Positions 19,931-30,800 are shown, counted from the stretch's first letter. The stretch: 64,000 bases of DNA from Actinomycetes bacterium (GCA_023436925.1 JAEZHJ010000009.1:1781-65780); one strand, 5' to 3'. Made by a program: numbers and translations. The notes: generated by a model from the sequence alone, not told the origin.

Positions 19931-22201
19931 GTGGTCGACACCGTTTCCGATGCCACCGACACCCCCGAGGTCGAGCAGCCCTGGGCCGCTCTCGGACTGA
20001 AGTCCGACGAGTACGCCAGGATCCGCGAGATCCTCGGCCGCCGGCCCACCTCCTGCGAGCTGGCGATGTACTCGGTGATGTGGTCGGAGCACTGCTCCTA
20101 CAAGTCGTCCAAGGTCCACCTGTCCCGCTTCGGCGAACTCGGCCGGCAGACCCCCCGCGGCGAGCTGCTCGCCGGGATCGGGGAGCAGGCGGGCGTGGTG
20201 GACGTCGGCCACGGCCTCGCCGTCACGTTCAAGATCGAGTCCCACAACCACCCCTCCTATGTCGAGCCCTACCAGGGGGCGGCGACCGGGGTGGGCGGCA
20301 TCGTCCGCGACATCCTGGCGATGGGCGCCCGGCCGATCGGCGTGATGGACTCGCTGCGGTTCGGCGCCCTGGACGCCCCCGACACCGCCCGGGTGCTGCC
20401 CGGCGTCGTGGCCGGCGTCGGCGGCTACGGCAACTGCCTCGGCCTTCCCAACATCGGTGGGGAGGTCGTCTTCCACCCGTCCTACTACGGCAACCCGCTG
20501 GTGAACGCATTGTGCGTCGGGGTGCTGCGCCACGAGGACCTGCACCTGGCCTTCGCCTCCGGCACCGGCAACAAGGTGATCCTCTACGGCGCCGCCACCG
20601 GTGGTGACGGGATCGGTGGCGCGTCCATCCTGGCCTCGGAGACCTTCGAGGCGGACGGTCCCGCCAAGCGGCCCGCCGTCCAGGTCGGCGACCCGTTCAT
20701 GGAGAAGCTGCTCATCGAGTGCACCCTCGAACTCTTCGCCGCGGGCGTGGTGGTCGGGATCCAGGACCTCGGTGCGGCCGGCATCTCCTGCGCCACCTCC
20801 GAACTGGCCAGCGCCGGCGACGGCGGGATGCACGTCGACCTCGACCTCGTGCCGCTGCGGGACCACACGCTCAGCCCGGAGGAGATCCTGATGAGCGAGT
20901 CCCAGGAACGCATGATGGCCGTCGTCCAGCCGGACAAGGTCGACGCCTTCCTGGCGATCTGCCGCAAGTGGGACGTCCTGGCCACCGTCATCGGGGAGGT
21001 CACCGACGGCGACCGGCTGGTGATCGACTGGCATGGCGAGCGGGTCGTCGACGTCGACCCGGCCACGGTCGCCCACGAGGGCCCGGTCTACCACCGCCCC
21101 CTGGCCCGGCCGGACTGGATCGACGAGCTGAACGCTGACTCCGCCAACCAGCTGCCTCGGCCCGGTGAGCCCGCCGAACTCGCCGACCAGCTGCTGCGGC
21201 TGGTGTCGGCGCCCAACCAGGCCGACAAGTCCTGGGTGACCGACCAGTACGACCGCTACGTCCGGGGCAACTCGATCCTGGCCCAGCCCGATGGTGCCGG
21301 GATGCTGCGCCTCGATGAGGCGAGCGGCCTCGGGGTGGCGCTGGCCGTGGACTGCAACGCCCGGTTCACCCTGCTCAACCCCTACCTCGGCGCCCAGCTC
21401 GCGCTGGCCGAGTCCTACCGCAATGTGGCCTGCTCCGGTGCCGAGCCGGTCGCGATCACCGACTGCCTCAACTTCGGCTCGCCGGAGGACCCGGCGGTGA
21501 TGTGGCAGTTCTCCGAGGCGATCCTCGGCCTGGTGGACGGCTGCAAGCAGCTCGGGACGCCGGTCACCGGCGGGAACGTCAGCTTCTACAACCAGACCGG
21601 CGGCGCGAACATCCTGCCCACCCCGGTGGTCGGCATGCTCGGCGTGATCGACAACGTCGCCGACCGGCTGACCAGCGGCTTCCGCCGGCCCGGCGACCAG
21701 GTCTGGTTGCTCGGCACCACCGGTGAGGACCTGTCCGGCAGCGCCTGGGCGGAGGTCGTCCACGACCACCTCGGCGGCACCCCGCCGGTGCCCGACCTCG
21801 ACCACGAGGCCCGGCTCGGCCGGGTGTTGGCCGCCGCCGCGAAGCGACACCTGCTCGGCTCGGCCCACGACCTGTCCGACGGCGGCCTGGGCCAGGCCCT
21901 GGTCGAGAGTTGCCTGCGGTTCGGCAAGGCCGCCCGGATCGACCTGCCCGAGGGCGACGCCTGCGTCCAGCTGTTCTCCGAGACCCCCGGACGGGTGCTG
22001 GTCTCGCTGCCCGGCGAGCACGCCGACGAGTTCGGCGCGCTGTGCGCCGAGCACGGCATCCCGGCCGCCCACCTCGGCGAGGTGACCGACACCGGCGTCC
22101 TCGAGGTCGCGGGCTTCGCCGTCCGGCTCGCCGAACTGGACCAGGCCTGGCGGGCACCGATCCCGGCCGCCCTGCAGGGCACCCCCGAAGCAGTCGCCTG
22201 A
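19931..22201 (+). CDS. purL: FGAM synthase II (large subunit)
   Basis: In-frame GTG within track ORF 19898..22201. [50 protein letters not shown] and [10 protein letters not shown] are typical of PurL. Confidence 0.95.
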   Translation: MVDTVSDATDTPEVEQPWAALGLKSDEYARIREILGRRPTSCELAMYSVMWSEHCSYKSSKVHLSRFGELGRQTPRGELLAGIGEQAGVVDVGHGLAVTFKIESHNHPSYVEPYQGAATGVGGIVRDILAMGARPIGVMDSLRFGALDAPDTARVLPGVVAGVGGYGNCLGLPNIGGEVVFHPSYYGNPLVNALCVGVLRHEDLHLAFASGTGNKVILYGAATGGDGIGGASILASETFEADGPAKRPAVQVGDPFMEKLLIECTLELFAAGVVVGIQDLGAAGISCATSELASAGDGGMHVDLDLVPLRDHTLSPEEILMSESQERMMAVVQPDKVDAFLAICRKWDVLATVIGEVTDGDRLVIDWHGERVVDVDPATVAHEGPVYHRPLARPDWIDELNADSANQLPRPGEPAELADQLLRLVSAPNQADKSWVTDQYDRYVRGNSILAQPDGAGMLRLDEASGLGVALAVDCNARFTLLNPYLGAQLALAESYRNVACSGAEPVAITDCLNFGSPEDPAVMWQFSEAILGLVDGCKQLGTPVTGGNVSFYNQTGGANILPTPVVGMLGVIDNVADRLTSGFRRPGDQVWLLGTTGEDLSGSAWAEVVHDHLGGTPPVPDLDHEARLGRVLAAAAKRHLLGSAHDLSDGGLGQALVESCLRFGKAARIDLPEGDACVQLFSETPGRVLVSLPGEHADEFGALCAEHGIPAAHLGEVTDTGVLEVAGFAVRLAELDQAWRAPIPAALQGTPEAVA

Positions 22202-22314
22202 GGCCCGGCGCGCGGGCGCACGGGGGACGAGTCAGGGACGGATCCGGGGTGCCGGCCCTCCCCGTGGGGGCCGCCGCTCGGCACAATGGTGGGGTCGCAC
22301 GAGCGGAGGACCCG

Positions 22315-23637
22315 ATGACCGATCCCAGCACCCACCCCGACCAGCCGGCCGGGGCGCCGGACCCGATCCCCACCCAGCCCAGCCCGGTCGAGCCGGCGGT
22401 CTCCGAGCCGGAGCCCACCGAGCTGACCGAACCCGCTCCCGAGGTCGTCGGTACCGAACCGCTGCCTGCCGAGCCCGCCGAGGGCGAGGTGCCGGCTCCG
22501 ACCGACACGATGCCCGAGCCGACCGGGTACGAGTGGCAGCCGGCGACCGCGGCGTCGAGCGATCCCGGGGCAGTCGAGGCCGAGCCGGTCGAGGTCGTCG
22601 AACCCGAGGTGGTGGAGCCCTCCGGTGACGAGGACGCTGCCGCCCGCACCGAGATCCTGGAGGCCGAGGTCGTCGAGACCCCGCCCGCAGACGAGGCTTC
22701 CGCACCCGTCGCCGGCAAGCCCGAACCGGCCGCTGAGCCCGTCGAGACCCTCGTGCTGGACGACGCCGAGGTCCAAGCTCCGGCCGGGACCGACTTCACC
22801 GTGACCGAGCCCACCGGCGCCGGCCCGCAGGCCCCGGCCGCCGAGACCGCCGACCCGTTCGCCGTGTCGACCCAGCCACCGGCCGGGGCCGGCAGCATCC
22901 TGGACCTGCCGCCGCTGCCGGACCTGTCGGCCTACACCCCGCCCACCCCGCCGCCCGCCGCGCCGACCCCGCCCCCGACCTACCCGCAGGCGTCCGGCTA
23001 CCCGCAGGCGTCCGGCTACTCCCAGCCGCAGCCCGGTGCCGGGTACCCCGGCGGTTACGGCCAGCAGAGCGCCGGCCAGGCCTACGGCCACGGCTCGACC
23101 AGCTACGACCAGCCGGGCCCGTACCAGTCGGCCCCGGCGCCCCAGCCGGCGCCGCCCTACGGCCAGCCTGCACCGCCGTACGCGCAGCCGGCACCCCCCT
23201 ACGCGCAGCCGGCACCGCCGCCCTTCGCCCAGCCCAGCCCGGCGGGGGCACCCTACGGTGCACCGACCAGCTACGGCGTTCAGCCGTACTCGGCGGTCCC
23301 CGGTGATGCCACCATGGCGTCGATGGCCCACTGGCTGCCGCTCGCTGTCGGTGTCGCGACCGGCGGGACCCTGGGCTTCCTGGCCCCGCTGATCCTGATG
23401 CTGACCAAGGGGCAGAGCGATCCGCTGGTTCGGGCCAATGCGGTCGAGGCGCTGAACTTCAACATCACCGTGCTGATCGGGCTGATCGCCTCGGCGGTGC
23501 TCACCCTCGTGCTGGTGGGCATCATCGGGCTGATCGTGATCCCCGTGGCGGCGATCATCCTGCAGATCCTCGGTGCGCTGGCTGCCAGCCGGGGTGAGGT
23601 GTACCGCTACCCGATCAACATCCGGTTCGTGAAGTGA
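22315..23637 (+). CDS. Membrane protein with a long acidic/Pro-rich N-terminal region and a C-terminal DUF4870-like domain
   Basis: ATG 22315 with a GGAGGA ribosome-binding site; the track ORF start at 21910 overlaps purL. About 330 aa of P/E/A/Q-rich low complexity are followed by HWLPLAVG...ALNFNITVLIGL...GEVYRYPINIRFVK. The NF(Q/N)I and Y(R)YP blocks are as recalled for DUF4870. Confidence 0.7.
   Translation: MTDPSTHPDQPAGAPDPIPTQPSPVEPAVSEPEPTELTEPAPEVVGTEPLPAEPAEGEVPAPTDTMPEPTGYEWQPATAASSDPGAVEAEPVEVVEPEVVEPSGDEDAAARTEILEAEVVETPPADEASAPVAGKPEPAAEPVETLVLDDAEVQAPAGTDFTVTEPTGAGPQAPAAETADPFAVSTQPPAGAGSILDLPPLPDLSAYTPPTPPPAAPTPPPTYPQASGYPQASGYSQPQPGAGYPGGYGQQSAGQAYGHGSTSYDQPGPYQSAPAPQPAPPYGQPAPPYAQPAPPYAQPAPPPFAQPSPAGAPYGAPTSYGVQPYSAVPGDATMASMAHWLPLAVGVATGGTLGFLAPLILMLTKGQSDPLVRANAVEALNFNITVLIGLIASAVLTLVLVGIIGLIVIPVAAIILQILGALAASRGEVYRYPINIRFVK
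23143..23240 (+). repeat. In-frame tandem heptapeptide repeat PAPPY(G/A)Q x ~4 within the DUF4870 protein
   Basis: Translation reads PAPPYGQ PAPPYAQ PAPPYAQ PAPPPFAQ. A YPQASG YPQASG duplication lies nearby at about 22981-23016. Confidence 0.8.
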
Positions 23638-23744
23638 CCTCCGGCCGGCGCCGCCCCAACGGCGCCGGCCGAACGCCTCCCGGTGGAGGTTCCAGGGCGG
23701 CGTCCGCGACGGTGGGCGCACCCGGGCGCCGGGGGTCCGACCGG

Positions 23745-23750
23745 TAGGAT
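23745..23750 (+). promoter_or_regulatory. -10 hexamer TAGGAT, 6 nt upstream of GTG 23757 (leaderless purF)
   Basis: TAGGAT 23745-23750, spacer gacgac, GTG 23757. Confidence 0.45.
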
Positions 23751-23756
23751 GACGAC

Positions 23757-25223
23757 GTGGCGCTGCCCCTGGACGACCTCGACCTGCTGGACGCGGACCA
23801 CCCCCCACGCGATGCCTGCGGGGTGTTCGGTGTGTGGGCGCCGGGCGAGGAAGTCTCCAAGCTGACCTACTTCGGCCTCTTCGCGCTGCAGCACCGCGGC
23901 CAGGAATCGGCCGGGATGGCGGTCAGCACCGGCGACCGGATCATGGTCGTCAAGGACATGGGCCTGGTCTCGCAGGTCTTCGACGAGCGGGCGCTGAGCG
24001 CGTTGCGCGGCCACCTGGCGATCGGGCACTGCCGCTACTCCACGACCGGCTCCTCCACCTGGAGCAACGCCCAGCCGACCTTCCGGGCCACCGCCACCGG
24101 CGGGCTGGCGCTGGGCCACAACGGCAACCTGACCAATACCGACGAGCTGGAGACCTGGCTGGCCGGCCAGCGCACCGGGGAGCAGGTGCCGCGCAAGGAC
24201 CGGATGGATTCGACCTCCGACACCGCCTTGCTGACCGCCCTGCTGTCCGCCTTCTCCGCCGACGGCCTGGAGAACGCCGCGATGACCGTCCTGCCGCGGC
24301 TGCAGGGCGCCTTCTGCCTGGTCTTCTGCGACGAGCGGACGCTGTTCGCCGCCCGCGACCCCCAAGGCATCCACCCGCTCGTGCTGGGCCGACTGGACCG
24401 CGGCTGGGTGGTCGCGAGCGAGACCGCCGCGCTCGACATCGTCGGCGCCTCGCTGATCCGCGAGGTGGAACCCGGCGAACTGCTGATGATCGACGCCGAC
24501 GGCCTGCGCAGCCGCCGGTTCACCGAGCCGGACCCGCACGGCTGCATCTTCGAGTACGTCTACCTGGCCCGGCCCGACAGCCTGATCTCCGACCGGCGGG
24601 TGCACGCGGTACGCACCGAGATCGGCCGGACCCTGGCGATGGAGGCCCCGGCCGACGCCGACCTCGTGATCCCCACGCCCGAGTCGGGCACCCCCTCGGC
24701 GATCGGCTACGCCGACGCCTCGGGCATCCCGTACGGCCAGGGTCTGGTCAAGAACTCCTACGTGGGGCGGACCTTCATCGAGCCGAGCCAGACCATCCGG
24801 CAGCTCGGCATCCGGCTCAAGCTGAACCCGATCCGCGACGTCATCGAGGGCAGGCGGCTGGTCGTCGTCGACGACTCGATTGTCCGCGGCAACACCCAGC
24901 GCGCGCTGGTGCGCATGCTGCGGGAGGCCGGGGCGGCCGAGGTGCACGTCAGGATCGCCTCCCCGCCCGTGCTGTGGCCGTGCTACTACGGCATCGACTT
25001 CGCGACCCGCGCCGAGCTGATCGCTCCCGGTCTGGAGGTCGACGAGATCTGCCGCTCGATCGGGGCCGACTCGCTGGGCTACATCAGCCTGGACGGCCTG
25101 GTCGCCTCGACCGGGGTGTCGAAGCGGCGGCTGTGCACGGCATGTTTCGACGGCGAGTACCCGGTGCCGATCGCTCCGGCCCGGGCCCGGCAACTCGAAG
25201 TGGAGGGCAACGTTGGCTGCTGA
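23757..25223 (+). CDS. purF: Amidophosphoribosyltransferase
   Basis: A propeptide precedes CGVFGV (catalytic Cys). LQHRGQESAG, GHCRYSTTG and VVVDDSIVRGNT (PRPP loop) are present, and C-terminal Cys residues are consistent with a 4Fe-4S type. Confidence 0.95.
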   Translation: MALPLDDLDLLDADHPPRDACGVFGVWAPGEEVSKLTYFGLFALQHRGQESAGMAVSTGDRIMVVKDMGLVSQVFDERALSALRGHLAIGHCRYSTTGSSTWSNAQPTFRATATGGLALGHNGNLTNTDELETWLAGQRTGEQVPRKDRMDSTSDTALLTALLSAFSADGLENAAMTVLPRLQGAFCLVFCDERTLFAARDPQGIHPLVLGRLDRGWVVASETAALDIVGASLIREVEPGELLMIDADGLRSRRFTEPDPHGCIFEYVYLARPDSLISDRRVHAVRTEIGRTLAMEAPADADLVIPTPESGTPSAIGYADASGIPYGQGLVKNSYVGRTFIEPSQTIRQLGIRLKLNPIRDVIEGRRLVVVDDSIVRGNTQRALVRMLREAGAAEVHVRIASPPVLWPCYYGIDFATRAELIAPGLEVDEICRSIGADSLGYISLDGLVASTGVSKRRLCTACFDGEYPVPIAPARARQLEVEGNVGC

Positions 25224-26286
25224 CGCCACCCCGCTCGCGGCCTACGCGGCCGCCGGGGTCGACATCGAGGCGGGGGACCGCGCCGTCCAACTCATGAAGG
25301 CCTCCGTGGCCCGCACCCACCGTCCGGAGGTGCTCGGCGGGCTGGGCGGCTTCGCCGGCTACTTCGACGCCGCCGCCCTGGCTGCCTACCGGCACCCGGT
25401 CCTGGCCACCTCCACCGACGGGGTCGGGACGAAGGTGGCGATCGCCCAGGCGATGGGCGTCTACGACACCATCGGGTTCGACCTGGTCGGGATGCTCGTC
25501 GACGACCTGGTCGTCTGCGGCGCCGAACCCCTGTTCGTCACCGACTACATCGCCTGCGGCAAGGTCCACCCCGAACGGATCGCCGGCATCGTGGACGGCA
25601 TCGCTCGAGCCTGCATCGAGGCGGGGGCGGCGCTGCTCGGCGGCGAGACCGCCGAACACCCCGGCCTGCTCGGGCCCGACGAGTTCGATGTCGCCGGCGC
25701 CACCACCGGCGTGGTGGAGAAGGACGCGATCCTGGGCGCCGACCGGGTCGTCCCCGGCGATGTGGTGCTCGCGCTGGCCGCGTCCGGACTGCATTCCAAC
25801 GGCTACTCGCTGGTCCGCCACGTCCTGCTGCAGCAGGCCGGCTGGTCGCTGGACCGTCACGTCCCCGAGCTCGGCAGGACGCTGGGGGAGGAGCTGCTCG
25901 AGCCCACCCGGATCTATGCCAAGTCCTGCCTGGCCCTGACCGCGGCCTGCGAGGTCCACGCCATGAGCCACATCACCGGCGGCGGGCTGGCCGCCAACCT
26001 GTCGCGGGTGCTGCCCGAGGGCATCGAGGTGGTGATCGACCGCGGCAGCTGGACCCCGCCGGCGGTGTTCGGCCTCGTCCAGCAGGTGGGAGCGGTCTCC
26101 CAGGCGGACCTGGAGGCGACCCTCAACCAGGGGGTCGGGATGGTCGTCGTCCTGCCCGCCGAGGAGGTCGATGCAGCCCGGGCCGTGCTGCGTGGCTTCG
26201 GCATCGACTCGTGGCCCGCCGGGGAGGCGCTGCGGGCGGACGGAGCGGGTTCGGCCAGGCTGGCCGGTGCCCACCCTGCCCGCTAG
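25213..26286 (+). CDS. purM: AIR synthetase
   Basis: Overlaps the purF end by 11 nt (TTG start per the track). YAAAGVDIEAGDRAV, STDGVGTK, DDLVVCGAEPLF and LHSNGYSL are present. Confidence 0.95.
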   Translation: MAADATPLAAYAAAGVDIEAGDRAVQLMKASVARTHRPEVLGGLGGFAGYFDAAALAAYRHPVLATSTDGVGTKVAIAQAMGVYDTIGFDLVGMLVDDLVVCGAEPLFVTDYIACGKVHPERIAGIVDGIARACIEAGAALLGGETAEHPGLLGPDEFDVAGATTGVVEKDAILGADRVVPGDVVLALAASGLHSNGYSLVRHVLLQQAGWSLDRHVPELGRTLGEELLEPTRIYAKSCLALTAACEVHAMSHITGGGLAANLSRVLPEGIEVVIDRGSWTPPAVFGLVQQVGAVSQADLEATLNQGVGMVVVLPAEEVDAARAVLRGFGIDSWPAGEALRADGAGSARLAGAHPAR

Positions 26287-26400
26287 ACGGGCCCTTTGGC
26301 CCACGCCCAAATCTTGGGTAACCTTGCCATTACGACACACTTTTGAACCACATGAAGCGGCTCGGCCGCTGTGAACAGGCGAGGGGGCTGACCCGACACT

Positions 26401-26631
26401 ATGGGGCGCGGCCGTGCTAAGGCGAAGCAGACCAAGGTTGCTCGCGATCTGAAGTATCGTTCCTACTCCACCGACTTCGCGTCGCTCGAGCGGGAACTCC
26501 GAGGCGGAGACTACGTGTCCGCCGACTCACCCGATGAACCGGAAGCCGACGTCGACGACGACCAGTACGCCGACCTCGCCAGCCGCTACGCCGACTTCGG
26601 CGAGGACGGCGAGATCCGCCGCATCGGCTGA
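26401..26631 (+). CDS. DUF3073-family small conserved actinobacterial protein
   Basis: MGRGRAKAKQTKVARDLKY followed by an acidic tail. A GAGGGGG ribosome-binding site is present. The position next to purM is the synteny I recall from mycobacteria. Confidence 0.85.
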   Translation: MGRGRAKAKQTKVARDLKYRSYSTDFASLERELRGGDYVSADSPDEPEADVDDDQYADLASRYADFGEDGEIRRIG

Positions 26632-26679
26632 TCCAGCTGCTCCACCCTCGTCGCGTTCCGTCCCACCCCTTCGCCGGAG

Positions 26680-27459
26680 CTAGACGTAATGGCGTGCCGC
26701 CGCGACTGCCTGCGCGCCGTAGCCGCCGCCGAACAACACCGCGTGGACGAGCAGCGGGTGCACCTGGTGCAGCGCGACGAGGTCGCGCCAGCCGGGCGGT
26801 AGCGGCGGTGAGGCCGACTCGTACCCGGCCACGATGGCCGGCAGGTACGGGGCTCCGAACAGCGTCAGCATCGCCAGGTCCGTGACCCGGTGGCCGCCGT
26901 GGGCGGCGGGGTCGATCAGGACCGCTCCTTCCGGAGACCACAGCAGGTTCCCGCTCCACAGGTCACCATGGATCCGCGCCGGCGGGGCCGGGTCGTCGAA
27001 GTCACCGGCGGCCAGCCGCCCGCACAGTCGGTCCAGGACCGACCCTCCGGCTGCGTCCAGGGCGCCGGTGTCGCGTGCGGTCCGAACGTATGGCTCGACC
27101 CGCCACTGGGCATAGAACTCGCCCCACGCCGGACCGCCCCGAAGCGGTAGCGCCGCATCCCCGATGAACCCGTCGCCCGTCCAACCCGGCGGACCCGCTC
27201 CGAAGGCCGCAGCGCCGGCTGCGTGGGTGCGGGCGAGCGCAGCACCGAAGTCCCGCGCGGCCCCTGACGACGGCGCACCCGCATCGATCTGCTCCACAGT
27301 GATGGAGTCGGCACCGACCGCCAGCACCTGGACGACCCGGGCCCCACCGGCCTGCGCCAACCAGGCGAGGCCGGCTGCCTCCACCGCGAAGAAGCCGGGC
27401 GGTGCATCGCGGCGCCGTTTCGTGAATCCTGCCACTACTGACCTGTACCCCCTTGCCAA
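26680..27459 (-). CDS. Fructosamine/ketosamine-3-kinase family protein
   Basis: FFAVEAAGLAWL, IHGDLWSGNLLW (catalytic HGDLWxGN) and IDPAAHGGHRVTDLAM are present. The start is TTG per the track, and the exact start is uncertain. Confidence 0.85.
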   Translation of the reverse strand: MARGYRSVVAGFTKRRRDAPPGFFAVEAAGLAWLAQAGGARVVQVLAVGADSITVEQIDAGAPSSGAARDFGAALARTHAAGAAAFGAGPPGWTGDGFIGDAALPLRGGPAWGEFYAQWRVEPYVRTARDTGALDAAGGSVLDRLCGRLAAGDFDDPAPPARIHGDLWSGNLLWSPEGAVLIDPAAHGGHRVTDLAMLTLFGAPYLPAIVAGYESASPPLPPGWRDLVALHQVHPLLVHAVLFGGGYGAQAVAAARHYV

Positions 27460-27578
27460 ACGGCATTCATAGGCGTTGCTGCCACCTTGGCCGCCGTGGG
27501 GTGCAGCCTAATCGCGACCTGCCCGGCGCCCGTGTCCCCCGTGCGGTGGACAGGCGGTTCGTCGGCGCGGCAAAGGGG

Positions 27579-27608
27579 TTAACAAAGCTCCGTCGGCGGT
27601 CGTAGTCT
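27579..27608 (+). promoter_or_regulatory. Candidate sigma-70-type promoter of the giant gene (TTAACA - 18 nt - TAGTCT)
   Basis: TTAACA lies at 27579-27584 and TAGTCT at 27603-27608, in the least GC-rich part of the 214-nt divergent intergenic region. It would give a ~60-nt leader ending in GGAG (27666-27669) before ATG 27674. This is pattern matching only. Confidence 0.3.
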
Positions 27609-27673
27609 GTGGCGAGGCCGCGCACCGGGGGGAACGCGGCGCAGAGGGAGAGAACTTACGAGACCGGAGCTTG

Positions 27674-27817
27674 ATGACCGTCCACCGGGGGACCGGGCCT
27701 GACCGGGCGCACCTGCGCCCCGGCCGCCTGCGATCTGCGACCCCGCTCGGGATCCTGCTCAGTCTGTCCCTGATCGCCGGACTTCTCTACGGCTGGAGCC
27801 TGCCCGCCGCTGCGGCT
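27674..27817 (+). other. Sec-type signal peptide of the giant protein
   Basis: MTVHRGTGPDRAHLRPGRLRSATP (basic n-region), LGILLSLSLIAGLLYGW (h-region), SLPAAAA/EP (AxA-like cleavage site). There is no twin-arginine pair. Confidence 0.7.
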
Positions 27818-30800
27818 GAACCCGCGACCGGTCCGCAGCGCCCCGCCGCCGGATCAGGGTCCGCCCCGCAGGAAGCGGGAGAGCAGCGGGTCATCCTGCT
27901 GCGCGCCGCCAGCGAGGCCGGGATCAGCCAGTTCGACAAGGACACTGCCGCCGCCGTCATCGCCGACCTGGTCGCCGAGCAGGAGGCCCTGCGCCAGGAG
28001 CAGGTCCGCAGCCAGCAGGCCTGGGCGCGCCAGGTCGCCCTGGCCCGCCAGGCGAACCGGGTCCGCCGGGCCCAGGCCGAGGCGAACGCCCAGCTGCAGA
28101 AGGCACTGGAGGCGCTCGCCAAGGCGCTGTCCACCAGCCAGTGCAAGTCCGTCGGCGGCACCAACGGCGAGCCCGCGTCGATCTCCTGCCCCCTCGCCGA
28201 GGGCGGGGAAGGGGAGGTGGAGGTGGGCACCCCCGGCGCCACTCCGACCCCGACCCCCACTCCGACCCCTTCGGCCACCCCGACCCCTGATCCCCAGCCC
28301 GGCAGCGACCCGGGCCAGCCCCTGCTCGCTCCGGCCGTGGGCACCGCCGCGAGCGCCCCGCTCAGCCAGGACCGGCTGGACGCGATCCTGGCCGGCGTGC
28401 TCGCCGAGTGGGCCGACCGCGGCGCCGACACCTCCGGGATCACCGCCACCGTCACCGACCTGTCCGGCGAGCGGCTGGGGGAGACCACCGGACGCACGAT
28501 TCTGGTCGACCCGGTGGCCGGCGGCTGGGGCTGGGACCGGATGGACCTGGCCAGCGTGCTGCGGCACGAGGTCGGCCACGCGCTCGGGCTGGGACACAGC
28601 GAGTCCGGCCTGATGGCCCCCGTCCTTCACCCGGGCCACACGCTCACCGTCCCTGACCGGCTGCCGGTGGCATCTGCGCCGATCTCGGGTACCTGGGCGC
28701 TCACCGGCGACGACGACGCCGGCAGCGACGAGCAGACGCCGCAGGCCGGCGAGCCGGCGCCCGCCGCGCCGTCCGCGTCACCGACGCCGGCACCGGCGGC
28801 TGAGCAGCCCGCGCCGGCCGAGCAGCCGTCCCCGACCCCGAAGCCGACCCCGGCCACCGAGTCCTCCCCGGCCGAGTCCGCTCCGGCTCCCGAGCCGTCC
28901 CGCACCCCTCAGCCGACGCCCGGCAGTTCCTCCGACGAGGAGAGCGATCCGGACGAGCCGGCCGCACCCGCCCGCTGGGAGCCCGCCGGCCACACCGCCC
29001 GCCTCGTGATCGCCACCGGCGACCAGGTCGGCACGCTCTCCTACGACGCGAGCACCGACGAGTTGGTCTATCGGACCGACGCTGTCGAGGTCCGCACCTC
29101 GGCCGAGGGCATCAGCCGGGTGCTCGTCGCCGGGACCGGCGCCACGATCACCATCGACCTGCGCGGCTTCCCGCGCGACCGCGACAAGGTCGAGGTCGAC
29201 GTCGAGGGCCGCCACCAGCGGGTCCACGTGGTCAGCCACGACGAGGTCGAGGTCAGCGGTCCCGACACCGAGCCGGACCAGACCACCGCCCACGCCCTGC
29301 TGATCCGCAGCCTGCTCGCGATCCTGCGGATCGTGGCCCCCCAGTTCGAGGCACGGATCGAGGTGGTCGGCTCCCGGATCGTCGTGACCGGCACCATCGA
29401 CCTGACCGAGACCGGGGCCGACCTCGACCTGACGGCCGGCCAGGTGATCGTCCAGGACGCCACCGTCACCACCGAGGGCAACGTCAACCTGACCGCCATC
29501 GCCACCGACCAGCGCAGCGCCGATGCGCTCGTCGCGCTGCGGGACGCGGCCGTCTTCGCCGACGAGGTGCAGCTCACCGCCACGGCGAACAGCCCGCAGG
29601 CCGCCACCGCGGTCGTCAGCGTCACCGGCTCCGACGTGACCGCCACCGGCTCGGTCACCCTGCTCGCCGATGCCACCGTGTCCGGCTCCGGCAGCCACGC
29701 CAGCAGCACGGCACAGGCGAGCATCACCGACTCCACGATCACCACCCCGGGCGACCTGAACGTCACCGCCCGAAACAACACCCTGCTGATCGTGGACGTC
29801 GCTGGCGACCGGGCCGCCGGGATCACGCAGACCACCACCGCCCGGCTCGCCGGACGGGTGCAGCTCGCCGCCGCGCGGGTGGCGCTGCTGGCCGACTCCA
29901 CCGGCCGGGTCCGGGTCGTCGCCGGCGGCTCCGCCAGCGCCACCGTCGCCACCACCACCCAGGCCGGCCTGGCCGCCGATGCCCGGGTCGCGCTCACCGG
30001 CGGTCGGCTGACTGCCACCGCGGTCTCCCGCCACAGCACCGAGGTGAGCGGCGGCCAGCTCGCGATCGCCATCACCGACGCCCGGACCGCCGCCCTGCTG
30101 GCCGCCCGGTCCGCCCTCACCGGCGCAGGCAGCCTGCGGTTGACCGCCGACAGCAGCGACACCACCCACGCGACCTCCGCCGGTGGCGCCGCGCTGGTGT
30201 CCTCGGTGGCGATCACGACCGCCGGTCTGGCCGGCGGAGACGCGCTGGCGCTGGCCGGAGACCTGACCGTGACCGCGACCGGCGACGCCGAAGCGATCGG
30301 CCGCGGCGCCGGCACTGCCCTGGTTCTCTTCGACCACCGCGTACTCGCCGAACTCGCCCGCTCCGTCACCGCCGGCGGCGCGCTCACCGCCACCGCCGGC
30401 GGACGCTCCGTCGTCTCGACCGAGGCCGCGGCCGGCCGCTGGATCCAGGTCCCCGCCGACGCGTTGGTCGCGGCCGGCGGACTGACCGGCCTTCCGGTCG
30501 CCGTCCCCGTCCCGCTCACCGCCCAGGCCACCGCCAGTGGCACCTCGCAGGCCCGCGTCGTGATCCCGTCCGGGCTCGACCTGTCCGCCGGCGCCGGTGC
30601 CGAACTGCGCGCCACCCTGGCCGGCGGATCCCAGGCCTCCGCCGGCAGCGGACCGGCGGACGCTGCACCCGCCGTCGCGATCAACGACGCCCGGTTCGCC
30701 GCCGTCCTGGCCGCCGACTCGGCCATCGCCACCAGCGGGCCGCTGGTCACCTACTCCGGACGGGGTCCACCGGTCGACGGATTCACCACCACCGCACCGA

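Noticed and set aside
26289-26302. Short hairpins after purM (GGGCC-CTTT-GGCCC), after purB (CCGCC-GTC-GGCGG near 13468-13480) and after the GH81 gene (CCCGGCC...GGCCGGG near 10713-10742), as terminators.
   Set aside because: The stems are only 5-7 bp, some have long loops, and none has a T-tract. In DNA this GC-rich such hairpins occur by chance, so they are not reported as features.
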